A stretch of DNA of 64,000 nucleotides from an uncultured Actinomycetes bacterium (GCA_963781425.1 CAWAGX010000020.1:474387-538386), one strand, 5' to 3'. Counted from the stretch's first letter, positions 29,940 to 40,025 are shown. The notes: generated from the sequence alone by a model not told the origin. Program-made: numbers and translations.

Positions 29940-30671
29940 ATGCTCTTTCCCGACGCGATCGACGCGATCGATCCGCTCGAGGTGTACGCCGACATGCCGG
30001 TCAATGCCCGCCGGCCGTCCGTGCGACTCAACATGATCGTCAGCGTCGACGGCGGCACATCGTGGGGCGGGGTGTCCGGCGCGCTGGGCGGTCCGGCCGA
30101 CAAGGCGTTGTTCGCGGTGCTGCGTTCGTTGACCGACGTCGTGCTCGTCGCGGCAGGAACCATGCGAGCGGAGAACTACGGACCCGCAGCGTTGACCGCG
30201 ACGATGCAGGATGCGCGCCGGCAGCGGGGCCAAACGCCCGTGCCGCCGATCGCCGTCGTCTCACGAAGCTGCCGGCTCGACTGGTCCACGCCGTTCTTCG
30301 CGTCGGCCACGGAACGACCCGCCGTCATCACCGTGTCCGATGCGCCGGCCGCCGACCGTGCGCAGGCGGCGAAGGTGGCCGACGTCATCGTCGCCGGCGC
30401 GCACGACGTCGACCTCGCCCTCGCGCTCGACGAGCTCGGTGCACGCGGTGCAGGCGCGGTGCTCGCCGAGGGCGGACCGACACTGAATGGCGCGCTCGCG
30501 CGCGCGGGTGTGCTCGACGAGCTCTGCCTGACGCTGGCGCCCCGGCTCGCGAGTGGGGACGCCAAGCGGATCCTCGCGGGCTCGACACTCGACGAGCTCG
30601 ACACGCTGCACCTGCGCTCGATCTGCGAAGAGGACGACTACCTCTTTCTGCGATACCGGCCGTTGCTCTGA
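29940..30671 (+). CDS. RibD C-terminal domain / dihydrofolate-reductase-like pyrimidine reductase family protein
   Basis: VRLNMIVSVDG...ADKALFAVLRSLTDVVLVAAGTMRAENY...VLAEGGPTLNGAL. ATG at 29940. Confidence 0.8.
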   Translation: MLFPDAIDAIDPLEVYADMPVNARRPSVRLNMIVSVDGGTSWGGVSGALGGPADKALFAVLRSLTDVVLVAAGTMRAENYGPAALTATMQDARRQRGQTPVPPIAVVSRSCRLDWSTPFFASATERPAVITVSDAPAADRAQAAKVADVIVAGAHDVDLALALDELGARGAGAVLAEGGPTLNGALARAGVLDELCLTLAPRLASGDAKRILAGSTLDELDTLHLRSICEEDDYLFLRYRPLL

Positions 30672-30682
30672 CGAGAGCAGCC

Positions 30683-30714
30683 GGGTCTCCCGGGGTGTGC
30701 GACCCGGGAGACCC
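30683..30714. terminator. bidirectional hairpin between convergent ribD-like and glnK genes
   Basis: GGGTCTCCCGGG-gtgtgcga-CCCGGGAGACCC: a perfect 12-bp stem (13 bp with the flanking C/G pair). No U-tract. Confidence 0.6.
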
Positions 30715-30723
30715 GACGATCTG

Positions 30724-31077
<354 letters not shown>

Positions 31078-32314
31078 TCAGGCGCGCTCGAGCGCGTAGC
31101 CGCTCTCCGAATGCTGGGTGATGTCAAGACCGCGGTCCTCGTCGTCTTCGCTGGCGCGGATACCGCCCGGCAGGACGACCTTGAGCACGGTGCCAATGGC
31201 GTACGAGACCACGAACGAGAACACGAGCACCGCTCCTACTGCGAGCAATTGCTCACCGAAGAGACCCCATCCGCCGCCGAAGAACGCACCGTCCTTGCCC
31301 GCCGGATTCACACTCGCATCGGCGAACAAGCCGAGCAGCACCGAACCGATGATGCCCCCGACGAGATGGACCGCCACGACGTCGAGTGAGTCGTCGTAGC
31401 CGAATCTGAACTTCAACGAGATCGCGAGATAGCAGACGGCGCCCGCGATCGCGCCGATCACCACCGGCGCGAGGCCGCCGACGAAACCCGCGCACGGCGT
31501 GATCGCCACGAGACCCGCGACTGCACCCGAGGCGGCCCCGAGCGTTGTCGCGTGGCCGTCCTTGAGGCGTTCGACGATCAGCCAACCGATCATTGCGGCT
31601 GCGGCTGCGACGAACGTGTTGAGGAAGGCTTGCGCGGCAACCAGATTCGCGGCGAGCGCCGAGCCGGCATTGAACCCGAACCACCCGAACCAGAGGATGC
31701 CCGTTCCGAGCAGCGTGAGCGGCAACGAATGCGGCGGCATCGCCTCCTTCGGCCAACCCCTGCGCCGGCCGAGCAAGAACACCAGTGCCAACGCACCCGC
31801 ACCGGCATTGACGTGCACGACGGTGCCGCCGGCGAAGTCGAGCGCGCCTCGATCGGCAAGCCAACCTCCCGCGAACACCCAATGCGCCACCGGCAGGTAC
31901 ACGAGGATCGACCACGCGGGAGATGAACCCGACCCATGCAACCCACCGCATGCGATCGGCGATCGCACCCGTGATCAGCGCAGGTGTGATCACGGCGAAC
32001 GTCAATTGGAAGGCGACGAAGGCAAGCGTCGGAATGGTTCCCGACACACCGTTCGTGAGGTCCTTCAAACCGACGTAGTCGAAGTTGCCGATGAACCCCG
32101 CATTGCCCGCGTCGCCGAACGCGAGGCTGTAACCGAACAGGACCCACAGGATCGTGACGATCCCCATTGCGAAGAAGTTCTGCATCAACATGGCAAGCAC
32201 GTTCTTGGCCCGTACCATCCCGCCGTAGAACAGCGCGAGGCCGGGAGTCATGAAGAGAACGAGCGCGGTGCTGGCAAGCACCCACGCGGTGTCTCCGGTA
32301 TCGATCTCCGGCAC
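31078..32314 (-). CDS. amt: ammonium transporter; one frame change (~31925-31935)
   Basis: DTAWVLASTALVLFMTPGLALFYGGMVR..ITGAIADRM in ORF 31253..32389. WSILVYLPVAHWVF..DFAGGTVVH..WFGWFGFNAGS..VHLVGGIIG in ORF 31078..31968. GTG start at 32314. Confidence 0.9.
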
Positions 32315-32370
32315 GTAAGCAACTCCCGAGTGAGCGGACGCGCGCGTGCGCGGCCCGAACGGACGTGGAG

Positions 32371-32404
32371 ACCACACGCGCGCGACCAACCGACGGCGCG
32401 TGTG
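32371..32404. other. 10-bp-stem hairpin between the small membrane ORF and amt
   Basis: CCACACGCGC-n14-GCGCGTGTGG. Confidence 0.4.
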
Positions 32405-32405
32405 G

Positions 32406-32750
32406 CTAGATCAGGGCGTCGCGGAGTACCGGCGGGCCGCGTCGCGTCGCGCTCCCCCGCCACCCAAGAACCGGGAGGGCCTTGTGACGCAGGCGGGCGT
32501 GGCTCGCAGCACACGCGGACGCGATCAGCGCGGCGCCGCCCAGCCCGATGTGCCAAGAGAGGCGCGGTTGGCGGGGCTCGACGCGAATCGCAAATGCCAG
32601 GGGATGCGACCGGATGGGCGAAACCACCGCGTGCGCGGTCGCGGCATCCCTTTTCGTGGCACCGTTCTCGGCCGACCCTGCGATCGCGACCAGCGCACCC
32701 ACGACGAGGAACGCCGCGAGTGCGAAGTGCACCTGCCGCCGGTGCTTCAA
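32406..32750 (-). CDS. hypothetical small membrane protein upstream of amt
   Basis: ORF with a hydrophobic N-terminal segment FALAAFLVVGALVAIAG and G/C-rich third positions. No homology recognised. Confidence 0.3.
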   Translation of the reverse strand: MKHRRQVHFALAAFLVVGALVAIAGSAENGATKRDAATAHAVVSPIRSHPLAFAIRVEPRQPRLSWHIGLGGAALIASACAASHARLRHKALPVLGWRGSATRRGPPVLRDALI

Positions 32751-32790
32751 GAGCTGATCAATGCCGATTGCCGCAGTCTGACGATCAATT

Positions 32791-32827
32791 GTTACGGGAG
32801 TGTTCCAGCGCGTGACCCGTGTATGAA
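32791..32827 (-). promoter_or_regulatory. candidate GlnR-type half-site array upstream of the (ORF)-amt-glnK unit
   Basis: Minus strand reads GTTCAT-n6-GTCAC-n5-GGAAC-n6-GTAAC, ending ~40 nt before ATG 32750. It resembles the actinobacterial gTnAc-n6-GaAAc pattern, but spacing and bases are imperfect. Confidence 0.25.
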
Positions 32828-32926
32828 CGACCGCGTTCGCCTGCCGGCTACACCTTTTGCTTCACCGTCCGCGAGTACACGACTACCAAAGAGCGAGAAA
32901 CTTCGGACACGCCGCACCGGTCGGGT

Positions 32927-33289
32927 GTACGTTGTGTACGAACGCTGCGATCACGCGAGCGAGCCCGGGACCCAGGCTTCTTCGCCCCACACGACGGGGG
33001 CAGGCGAATGCTGGGAATCTCCAAGGCACTACGGGAAATCGACACATCGAGCGCGCCGGCCTTCAACGCTCATCTGCACGACGCCATCGACAGCGCCGAC
33101 GATGAGTTGATGGTCGTCGATTGTGCCGACGTGACGTTCATGGACTCGGCGGCATTTCACGTGCTCGTCGACGCATCCAAGTACGCCGTCCGGCGCGGTC
33201 GCGCGCTCGTGATCCTCAACCTGTCACCGTCATGCGCGATGTTGATTCAGTTGTGCGACGGTGACCAAGAGCTTCGCCTCGAGCTCTGA
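32927..33289 (+). CDS. STAS-domain anti-sigma-factor antagonist-like protein
   Basis: ...REIDTSSAPAFNAHLHDAIDSADDELMVVDCADVTFMDSAAFHVLVDASKYAVRRGRALVILNLSPS. Start uncertain (GTG 32927 or ATG 33008). Confidence 0.6.
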   Translation, partial: VRCVRTLRSRERARDPGFFAPHDGGRRMLGISKALREIDTSSAPAFNAHLHDAIDSADDELMVVDCADVTFMDSAAFHVLVDASKYAVRRGRALVILNLSPSCAMLIQLCDGDQELRLEL

Positions 33290-33299
33290 GCGGCGCGCC

Positions 33300-34016
33300 G
33301 TGACTCCCCGACTGGAACCGGAGCGGTTCGCCGAGGTGGTCGCCGCGCGTACTGCGAACGACCACGATCCAGCCCGTGCGTTGTGCCTCGCATGCACCGA
33401 CGTCTTGGGCGTCACGGGTGCCGGGGTGGTGTTGATGTCCGGCGGACAGTCATTGGGCTGCGTCGGTGTGTCCGATCAGGTGACCGAGGCGGTCGAGCAG
33501 ATCGAGTACACGTTGGGCCAGGGTCCGTGCATGGCCGCGTATCGCAACACGGCGCCGGTCTTCGACACCGACCTTGCCGACGACGGGGTCGTCGGGTGGC
33601 CGGAATTCCGGCGGGGCGCCCTCGAGGTGGGGGTTCGCGCCGCGTTCGGCTTCCCGTTGCTCGTCGAACGGGTCTGCATGGGGGCGCTGAACCTGTACCA
33701 GGACCGGGCCGGCGCGCTCACCGACGACCAGTTCGCCGACGCGCTCGTGGTGGCACGGTTGGTGAGCCGACAGGTGTTGTCCTGGCAGGCCGACGCCCCG
33801 CCCGGGACGGTGGCGTGGCAGTTCGAGCGGCCGCCGAGCAACCGCGTCGAGGTGCATCAAGCGACCGGAAGGATCTCGGTACAGGCCGAGATCTCGCTCA
33901 CCGATGCGCTCGTCCTGTTGCGGGCGTACGCCTTTTCCCACGACCGCCCGGTCGGCGACGTCGCTGCCGATGTGGCGGCCGGGCGCGTCCGCTTTGACCT
34001 ACTTCCTGCGACATGA
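33300..34016 (+). CDS. GAF + ANTAR domain RNA-binding regulator
   Basis: GAF-like core GQGPCMAAYR..GFPLLVERVCMGALNLY. C-terminal ANTAR VEVHQATGRISVQAEISLTDALVLLRAYAFSHDRPVGDVA. The start could instead be 33261. Confidence 0.8.
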   Translation: MTPRLEPERFAEVVAARTANDHDPARALCLACTDVLGVTGAGVVLMSGGQSLGCVGVSDQVTEAVEQIEYTLGQGPCMAAYRNTAPVFDTDLADDGVVGWPEFRRGALEVGVRAAFGFPLLVERVCMGALNLYQDRAGALTDDQFADALVVARLVSRQVLSWQADAPPGTVAWQFERPPSNRVEVHQATGRISVQAEISLTDALVLLRAYAFSHDRPVGDVAADVAAGRVRFDLLPAT

Positions 34017-34056
34017 GTCTGCATAAACTGCCCACGAAATCACGAGGGGGGTGCCC

Positions 34057-34792
34057 ATGCCCCGGGAACAAGATCTGCTCACCGCGTTCGTAGAGTTCGC
34101 CGACACGTTCGTCGACGACTACGACGTCGTCGAATTCCTGACATCGACTCGCGGCGCGTTGCATCGAGCTCGTCGACGCGACGGAAGCGGGAATCATGCT
34201 TGCCGACCGGGACGGCACGCTGCGATACGTCGCGTCCTCGAGCGAACGTATGCGTCTCATCGAGCTCTTCGAACTGCAGCACGACCAAGGCCCGTGCTTG
34301 GACGCATATCGGGCGGGAGCTTCCGTGCACACCAGCCTGACAGATGACGCGGATACGCGATGGCCGAACTTTGCGCCCCACGCGCGGGACGTCGGATTTG
34401 CGTCCGTCTCCGCGCTCCCGCTGCGACTCCGCACCGAGGTGATCGGCGCCCTGAACCTGTTCTCGCCCACCCCCGGGCTGCTCAGCTCCGAAGACCAAAA
34501 GGTCGCCCAGGCGCTTGCGGACATCGCCACCATCGGCATCCTCCAAGAACGCGCCCTGCGCGACTCGCACATCGTCACCACTCAGCTCGAAGCAGCACTC
34601 GAATCGCGGATCGTGATCGAACAAGCCAAAGGCATCGTCGCAGAACACGCGCGGGTCAGCATCGATTCCGCGTTCACAATGCTCCGCGGCTACGCCCGCA
34701 GCCACAACCGGCTGCTGAACCAGACCGCCCACGCGATCATCGACGGAACCCTGGCCAGCGACGCGCTCACGCAGCCGACGAGCAGAAGCTGA
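34057..34792 (+). CDS. GAF + ANTAR domain RNA-binding regulator; one frame change (~34145)
   Basis: MPREQDLLTAFVEFADTFVDDYDVVEFL (ORF 34051..34347) joins ..GIMLADRDGTLRYVASSS..DQGPCLDAYR..GALNLF..IVIEQAKGIVAEHARVSIDSAFTMLRGYARSHN (ORF 34196..34792). Confidence 0.8.
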
Positions 34793-34969
34793 TCAGCGGC
34801 GTCGCGAGGACGGATGTCTCGTGATGCCGGTACCCAGCAGCGCGTCGCGGCAGGGCGGGCACAGCCACCATGCACTCTGGGCCGCCACGTCGAGCGCGGC
34901 GTCGCCGGGGAAGTGGAGCCGGCAGCGCCCGCAACAGCGCGAGAGGGGCGGTCGGGATCCAAGTCTCAT
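34793..34969 (-). CDS. small zinc-ribbon protein (58 aa)
   Basis: AGGAGGA lies 4 nt before ATG 34969. MRLGSRPPLSRCCGRCRLHF...WWLCPPCRDAL has CxxC...CxxC. Confidence 0.55.
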   Translation of the reverse strand: MRLGSRPPLSRCCGRCRLHFPGDAALDVAAQSAWWLCPPCRDALLGTGITRHPSSRRR

Positions 34970-35009
34970 CGGATCCTCCTGACGCGCCGCACACATCGGG
35001 ACGAGCGCA

Positions 35010-35195
35010 TTACCGCGATCCGATGAAGTTCAGTCGATCGGCCTGGGACTCGACGATCTGCGCGAGTCGCGCCTCGATTGCGAGCAGTGCGTGCACCTGG
35101 GCCGCGCGAAACCATTGCTCGGCAGACATCACTGGGTTTCGTCGGGCCTCGATGAGCGCGGCCTCAGCCTCTTCACGGTGCGTACGCGAATCCAT
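35010..35195 (-). CDS. small helical protein (61 aa), translationally linked to the upstream wHTH gene
   Basis: ATG 35195 is preceded by AGAGGAGA, which lies inside the last codons of the HTH gene (..AAGAAGAGGAGATGA). MDSRTHREEAEAALIEARRNPVMSAEQWFRAAQVHALLAIEARLAQIV. Confidence 0.5.
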   Translation of the reverse strand: MDSRTHREEAEAALIEARRNPVMSAEQWFRAAQVHALLAIEARLAQIVESQADRLNFIGSR

Positions 35196-35199
35196 CGCG

Positions 35200-35547
35200 T
35201 CATCTCCTCTTCTTGGTGGCGCGCACAACACGCGTCGTTTTGGTCGCGGATGCCGTTCGCCTGCGACGCGCCTTCGCACCAACGAGGAGATCGAGGACCT
35301 CACCGATCGTGCGCTCCCGGATCGTCGTCTCCGGGAGGGGAAGATGTTCTTGTACGATGTAGCGGTTGCGCCGCCCATCGCGCTCTTTGAGCACATACCC
35401 CGCGTCTGTGAGGTCGCTGACAATCGCGTAGGCGCTGCGTTCGGTGATGTTGAGCTCGGCAGCGATGTCACGGAGCCGCACGCCGGGATCGTGCGCGATG
35501 CACAACAGCACGCGCCCATGGTTCGTCAGGAAGCTCCAATCCGCCAT
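35200..35547 (-). CDS. winged-helix transcriptional regulator (MarR/ArsR-like)
   Basis: MADWSFLTNHGRVLLCIAHDPGVRLRDIAAELNITERSAYAIVSDLTDAGYVLKERDGRRNRY, with a basic tail. Confidence 0.7.
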   Translation of the reverse strand: MADWSFLTNHGRVLLCIAHDPGVRLRDIAAELNITERSAYAIVSDLTDAGYVLKERDGRRNRYIVQEHLPLPETTIRERTIGEVLDLLVGAKARRRRTASATKTTRVVRATKKRR

Positions 35548-35616
35548 CGGCCCAACCATAGCAAATCATTTCGAGTAGTTCGATGCTAGTATTGGGCCGG
35601 AAACGAGGTCGCTTAC

Positions 35617-35835
35617 ATGACTCCGCTCGACGCTGAATACGAAGACCCCCGAGAGGACTTGCAGCGGCTCATCGAGCTTACGGGGCGTGCGGGCCTCGAA
35701 GCCATGCGGGCCAGGTTGACCGACCGTTTACATCGCCGGTCGGACGATTTCGCCGCGACCCTTGCGCTCCGCCTCGTCACCGCGAAGCTGCAGCAGACCT
35801 CGTACGGGACACCGGTGGTGTCCGTCTCCTCGTAG
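35617..35835 (+). CDS. hypothetical protein (72 aa)
   Basis: ATG-initiated ORF with coding-like third positions, divergent from the wHTH gene. No motif recognised. Confidence 0.35.
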   Translation: MTPLDAEYEDPREDLQRLIELTGRAGLEAMRARLTDRLHRRSDDFAATLALRLVTAKLQQTSYGTPVVSVSS

Positions 35836-35859
35836 TGCGGATCTGACAGCCGGGCACCC

Positions 35860-36832
35860 TCAGCCGAGGTCCGCCGCCGATCGCACGGGCAACGCCGAGC
35901 CGTTCGGCTTGACGTGCACGACCCGGCCCGCTTGCAGGTCGAGACGGTCGGCGACGTCACGGGTGGTCTGCGCCCAGACGTCGCGTCGATCGACGAGCAG
36001 CTCGACGCGGACCTCGAAGCCGAGCCGCACCACCCTCACCACTGTCGCTTCATTCGTGCCTGGACCGGGAGCCGACGCGAGCTCGAGATCATGAGGACGT
36101 ACCAACGCGCCCGCAAGTTTGGTGACCGGACCGAGGAAGCTCATCACGAAGTCGTTGGCCGGGTGGTCGTAGAGCTCGTCGGGCGTGCCGACTTGTTCGA
36201 GGCGGCCGGCCGCGATGACCACGATCGTGTCGGCGACTTCCATGGCCTCTTCCTGGTCGTGCGTCACGAACACCGTGGTGACGTGGACCTCGTCGTGCAG
36301 TCGGCGGAGCCAGTACGCGCAACTCCTTGCGCACCTGTGCATCGAGCGCGCCGAACGGCTCGTCGAGCAGCAGCACCTCCGGCTCGCACCGCGAGCGCGC
36401 GGGCCAGCGCCATGCGCTGCCGCTGTCCGCCGGAGAGCTGCGAGGGCAGCCGGTCGCGCGAACTGCTCGAGGTGCACGAGCTCGAGCAGCTCGTTGACCC
36501 GCTGGCGGATCTCAGCCTTCGGACGCTTGCGGATCTCGAGACCGAACGCGACGTTCTTGAACACCGTCATGTGCTTGAACGCGGCGTAGTGCTGGAACAC
36601 GAAGCCGACGTTGCGCCGCTGCGGCGGCAAGGTCGTTGCGTCCGCGCCCGCGATCTCGACCGTGCCGGTGTCGGGCGTCTCGAGCCCGGCGATGACCCGG
36701 AGCAGCGTGGACTTGCCGCCGCCGCTCGGTCCGAGCAGCGCGGTGAGCGACCCGCTCGGGATGTCGAGCGAGACATCGTCGAGCGCGACGAAGTCGCCGA
36801 ACGCTTCGACACGTGCGCACGCTGATCCCCAT
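35860..36832 (-). pseudogene. cysA: sulfate/thiosulfate ABC transporter ATP-binding protein CysA, at least 4 frame changes
   Basis: Walker A GPSGGGKST; Q-loop FQHYA. RDRLPSQLSGGQRQRMALARALAV (frame +1), EPEVLLLDEPFGALDAQVRKELR (frame +2) and WLRRLHDEVHVTTVFVTHDQEEA (back in frame) were reconstructed from 36300-36460. One more shift follows ATG 36832. Confidence 0.85.
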
Positions 36833-36865
36833 CGTACTGTGCTTCCTTCGGGCGGACGATGTTGA

Positions 36866-37671
36866 TCAGCGAGCAGCGCCACGATCGCGATCATCGCGAG
36901 CACGAACGCCACGGAATACGCACCGACTGGTCGAAGTTCTGGAACTCGCTGCTGGACGTAGCAGGGTAAGCGTTTGCGTCTTGTCCTGACCAAGCCGCCC
37001 GACACGACCGCGACCGCGCCGAACTCGCCGAGGGACCGGGCGAGGGTCGAGCACGACGCCGTACGCGAGCGCCCACCGGATGGCCGGGCAGCGTGATCCG
37101 GCGGAACGTCTGCAGTCGCCGATGCACCCGAGCGTCCAGGCCGCCTGCTCCTGCTCGTCGCCGATCTCCTCGAGCACCGGGACGACGCTCGCGGACCACG
37201 AGTGGGAGCGACACGAAGATCGGTCGCGAGGACCATGCCCGGCAGCGAGAAGATGACCTGTCGAAGCCGTGGTCGTCGAGCCAGCTCGCCGATCGGGTCG
37301 AACGCGCCCGTAGACGAGGATCAGCGCGAGCCCGACGACGACCGGCGACACCGCGAGCGGCAGGTCGATGAAGCGCGTTCAACAGCCGCTTGCCCGGGAA
37401 AGCGATGGCGCACGAGCAGCATCGAGGCGACGAGGCCGAAGACCGTGTTGCGGATCACCGCGCCAGAACGCGACTTCGAGCGTGACCTGGAACGCGTGCG
37501 ACGCGTCCGGCGCGGTGAGGCGTCCCAGAACGGGCCGAAGCCGTGCTCGAAGGTGCGCCAGAACACGAGCCCGACCGGAGACCAGCAGGAACGCGCAACG
37601 TAGACAGACGAGCGAGCGAACCGCAGCCCGACCGCGACGCCGACGTCGTCGATTCAGCCACGCGCCGCCCC
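36866..37671 (-). pseudogene. cysW: sulfate ABC transporter permease CysW, about 10 or more frame changes
   Basis: Recognisable pieces alternate among three frames: FEHGFGPFWDA / LTAPDASHAFQVTLEVA / VFGLVASMLLVRHRFPG / SPVVVGLALILVYG / WLDDHGF / IFVSLPLVVRE / VVPVLEEIGDEQEQAAWTLG / AIRWALAYGVVL / ARSLGEFGAVAVVSGG / AYSVAFVLAMIAIVALLA. The end coordinates are approximate. Confidence 0.65.
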
Positions 37672-38516
37672 AGCGCTGGATGAACGTCGAGCGCGAACAG
37701 CACGACGAGCGCGACGAGGAGCAGCACGGTCGAGACCGCCGCGGCACCGGTCGTGTTGTCGCTCTCGATCTGGCTGAAGATGTGCACCGGCAGCGACTGC
37801 GGTCTTGAACGGGATGTTGCCCGAGATCAGCACCGTCGCGCCGAACTCGCTGATCGCCCGGGCGAACGACAGCGCGGTGCCGGCGAGGATCGCCGGCACG
37901 AGGTTCGGGCAGGACGACGCGCCGGAACGTCGTGAGCGGCTCGCGCCGAGCGACTGCGGCCGCCTCTTCCATCTCGCGGTCGAGCTCGAGCAGCACCGGC
38001 TGCACGGTGCGCACGACGAACGGGCAGCGTGACGAACAGCAGCGCGAGCACGACGCCGGCCCGCGTGTAGGCGAGGGTCGATGCCGATCGGGCTCGTGCG
38101 GCCCGTACAGCGCGAGCAGCACCAGGCCGGCGACGATGGTCGGCAGCGCGAACGGAAGGTCGATCAGCGTGTCGATCACCCGCTTGCCGGGGAACTGGTC
38201 GCGCACGAGCACCCACGCGATGAGCGTGCCCATCACCACGTTGACGACGGCGACGCCAGCGCGCGAGGCAACGATCGTCAGCTTGAGCGCGGCGAGCCGC
38301 CTCAGGCGTGGTGATCTCGTGCCAGAAGCCGCTCAGCCCGTCGTCGTTTGCCCGGAACACCACGGCGCTGAGCGGGAGCAGCACGATGAGGCTGAGATAG
38401 ATCGACGACGAAGCCCGATCCCCAGCGCCGAAGCCGGAGCCGCGGCCGCGGCGCACCGACCGGGACGTTGCCGGCCGGTGCGCCGAGTGCGAGTGTCGCG
38501 AGTCGACGCTCGTCAT
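37664..38516 (-). pseudogene. cysT: sulfate ABC transporter permease CysT, about 7 frame changes
   Basis: ATG 38516 abuts the sbp stop. Pieces: [16 protein letters not shown] / VMGTLIAWVLVRDQFPGKRVIDTLIDLPFALPTIVAGLVLLALYGP / LAYTRAGVVLALLFVTLP / FVVRTVQPVLLELDREMEEAAA / PAILAGTALSFARAISEFGATVLISGNIPFKT / HIFSQIESDNTTGAAAVSTVLLLVALVVLFALDV, in different frames. Confidence 0.7.
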
Positions 38517-39550
38517 CTACTTCGAGGTCGAGACGCCGATGCCGCTGCTCGACCTCGGCCATGATGCCCGTTCTCGGGATCGAAGAACTTCGTCCGTGAC
38601 CTCGGTCCAGCCGCCGAGGTCGTCGATCGTGAACAGCGCCGTCGGCGTCGGGAACTCGTCCGGCTTCGCGACACCGTTGACGACCGGGCCGGTAGCCGTT
38701 GTCGGCGAAGATCTCGCTGCGCGGCGGGCGTGTACAGGTAGTCGAGAACGCCTTCGCCTGCGTCGGGTTCTTGCGTCGTCTGTCGTCACCGCGACCGGGT
38801 TCTCGATCAGGATCGTCTGGTCGGGCACGACGTAGTCGATCGGCTGGCCGTTCTGCTGGGCGAAGATCGCCTCGTTCTCGTAGGCGAGCATCACGTCGCC
38901 CTTGCCGCCGGTGAACGTCTGGAGCGACTTGCGCGCGCTGTCGTCCTGCACCGGGACGTTCTCGAAGAGCTTGTGCAGGTACTCGTCGGCCTCGGCCGGC
39001 GTCTTGCCCTGCTTCGAGCTGCGCGCCGTAGGCGGCCATGACATTCCACCGGGCGCCACCCGAGGTGAACGGGTTGGGTGTGATCACCTCGATGCCGGGC
39101 TTGATCAGGTCGTCCCACGTCTTGATGTTCTTCGGGTTGCCCTTGCGTGCCACGAAGACGACGACTGAATTCGTGACGATCCCCTTCGTTGCGTTGGCGT
39201 TCCAGTCCGACGGCGACGAGGTCGGCCTTGACGAGGCGGGTCGATGTCGGGCTCCAGCGAGAAGTCCACGACGTCGGCGCGTCAGGCCCGCTCTCGACCG
39301 CTCGGCTCTGGTCGCCGGACGCGCCGTAGGACTCCTGGAACTTCACGTCCTTGCCGCCCGGCGTCTTCTGGAACTCCTTGATGATGGCGTCGAGCGCGGT
39401 CTGGGGCGTCGAGTACGCGACGAGCGACAGCGTCACGTCCGAGCCGGACGCGCCGCCCTTCGCGCTGCTCCCGCACGCGGCGAGCCCCAGCGACGCCGAA
39501 ACGATGAGCACGAGCGGAACGAGCAAGCGTCCCCGCAATCGAACCTGCAC
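38517..39550 (-). pseudogene. sulfate-binding lipoprotein (Sbp/CysP), about 10 frame changes
   Basis: GGAGGA lies 6 nt before GTG 39550. Lipobox LGLAACGSS. Pieces: [45 protein letters not shown] / [12 protein letters not shown] / [67 protein letters not shown] / [35 protein letters not shown] / KNPTQAKAF / IFADNGYRP / [29 protein letters not shown] / FFDPENG. Confidence 0.8.
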
Positions 39551-39570
39551 TGGTGGTCCTCCCTCGAAAT

Positions 39571-39599
39571 CCCTACTAAACCAATGGACAATGTAGGGT
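39571..39599. promoter_or_regulatory. inverted repeat in the AT-rich divergent sbp / rrf2 promoter region (candidate Rrf2 operator)
   Basis: CCCTAC-taaaccaatggacaatg-TAGGG(TA), inside the only AT-rich stretch between GTG 39550 (minus) and GTG 39635 (plus). Confidence 0.3.
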
Positions 39600-39634
39600 A
39601 ATGAGCGAAGGCAGTCAAATCCGGGAGATGTCCG

Positions 39635-40025
39635 GTGCGGATCCCTGCGAAAAGCGACGACGCACTGCGCGCGGCGATCGTGATGGCGCGGGCGTGGCCC
39701 GGGGCGCGGGTCACCGGCGAGGAGATTTCCGCGGCGACAGCTCTGCCCCACTCATTTCTCGAAGCGATCCTCGGAGACCTCGGCCGGGGCGGCGTCATCC
39801 ACGGCCGGCGCGGCTACCGCGGGGGCTATGTGCTCACCCGGTCTCCGGCAAACATCAACGTTGCGGACATTCTCCTCGCGGTCGACTGCCCGCTCCTCAC
39901 TCGCCCCGGCGGATGGGATGCCAGTCCGCTCGCGCCGCTCTGGGCATTGGTCGAGACCTCGACGCGCGAGCTCCTCGCCGCGCTCTTCGCTCGCCGACCT
40001 CGCGTTGGGCGCGGCCGAGCGGTAG
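39635..40025 (+). CDS. Rrf2 family transcriptional regulator; one frame change (TT at ~39984)
   Basis: MRIPAKSDDALRAAIVMARA...VTGEEISAATALPHSFLEAILGDLGRGGVIHGRRGYRGGYVL. The tail ELLAAL|SLADLALGAAER* is restored by removing one T. Confidence 0.8.
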
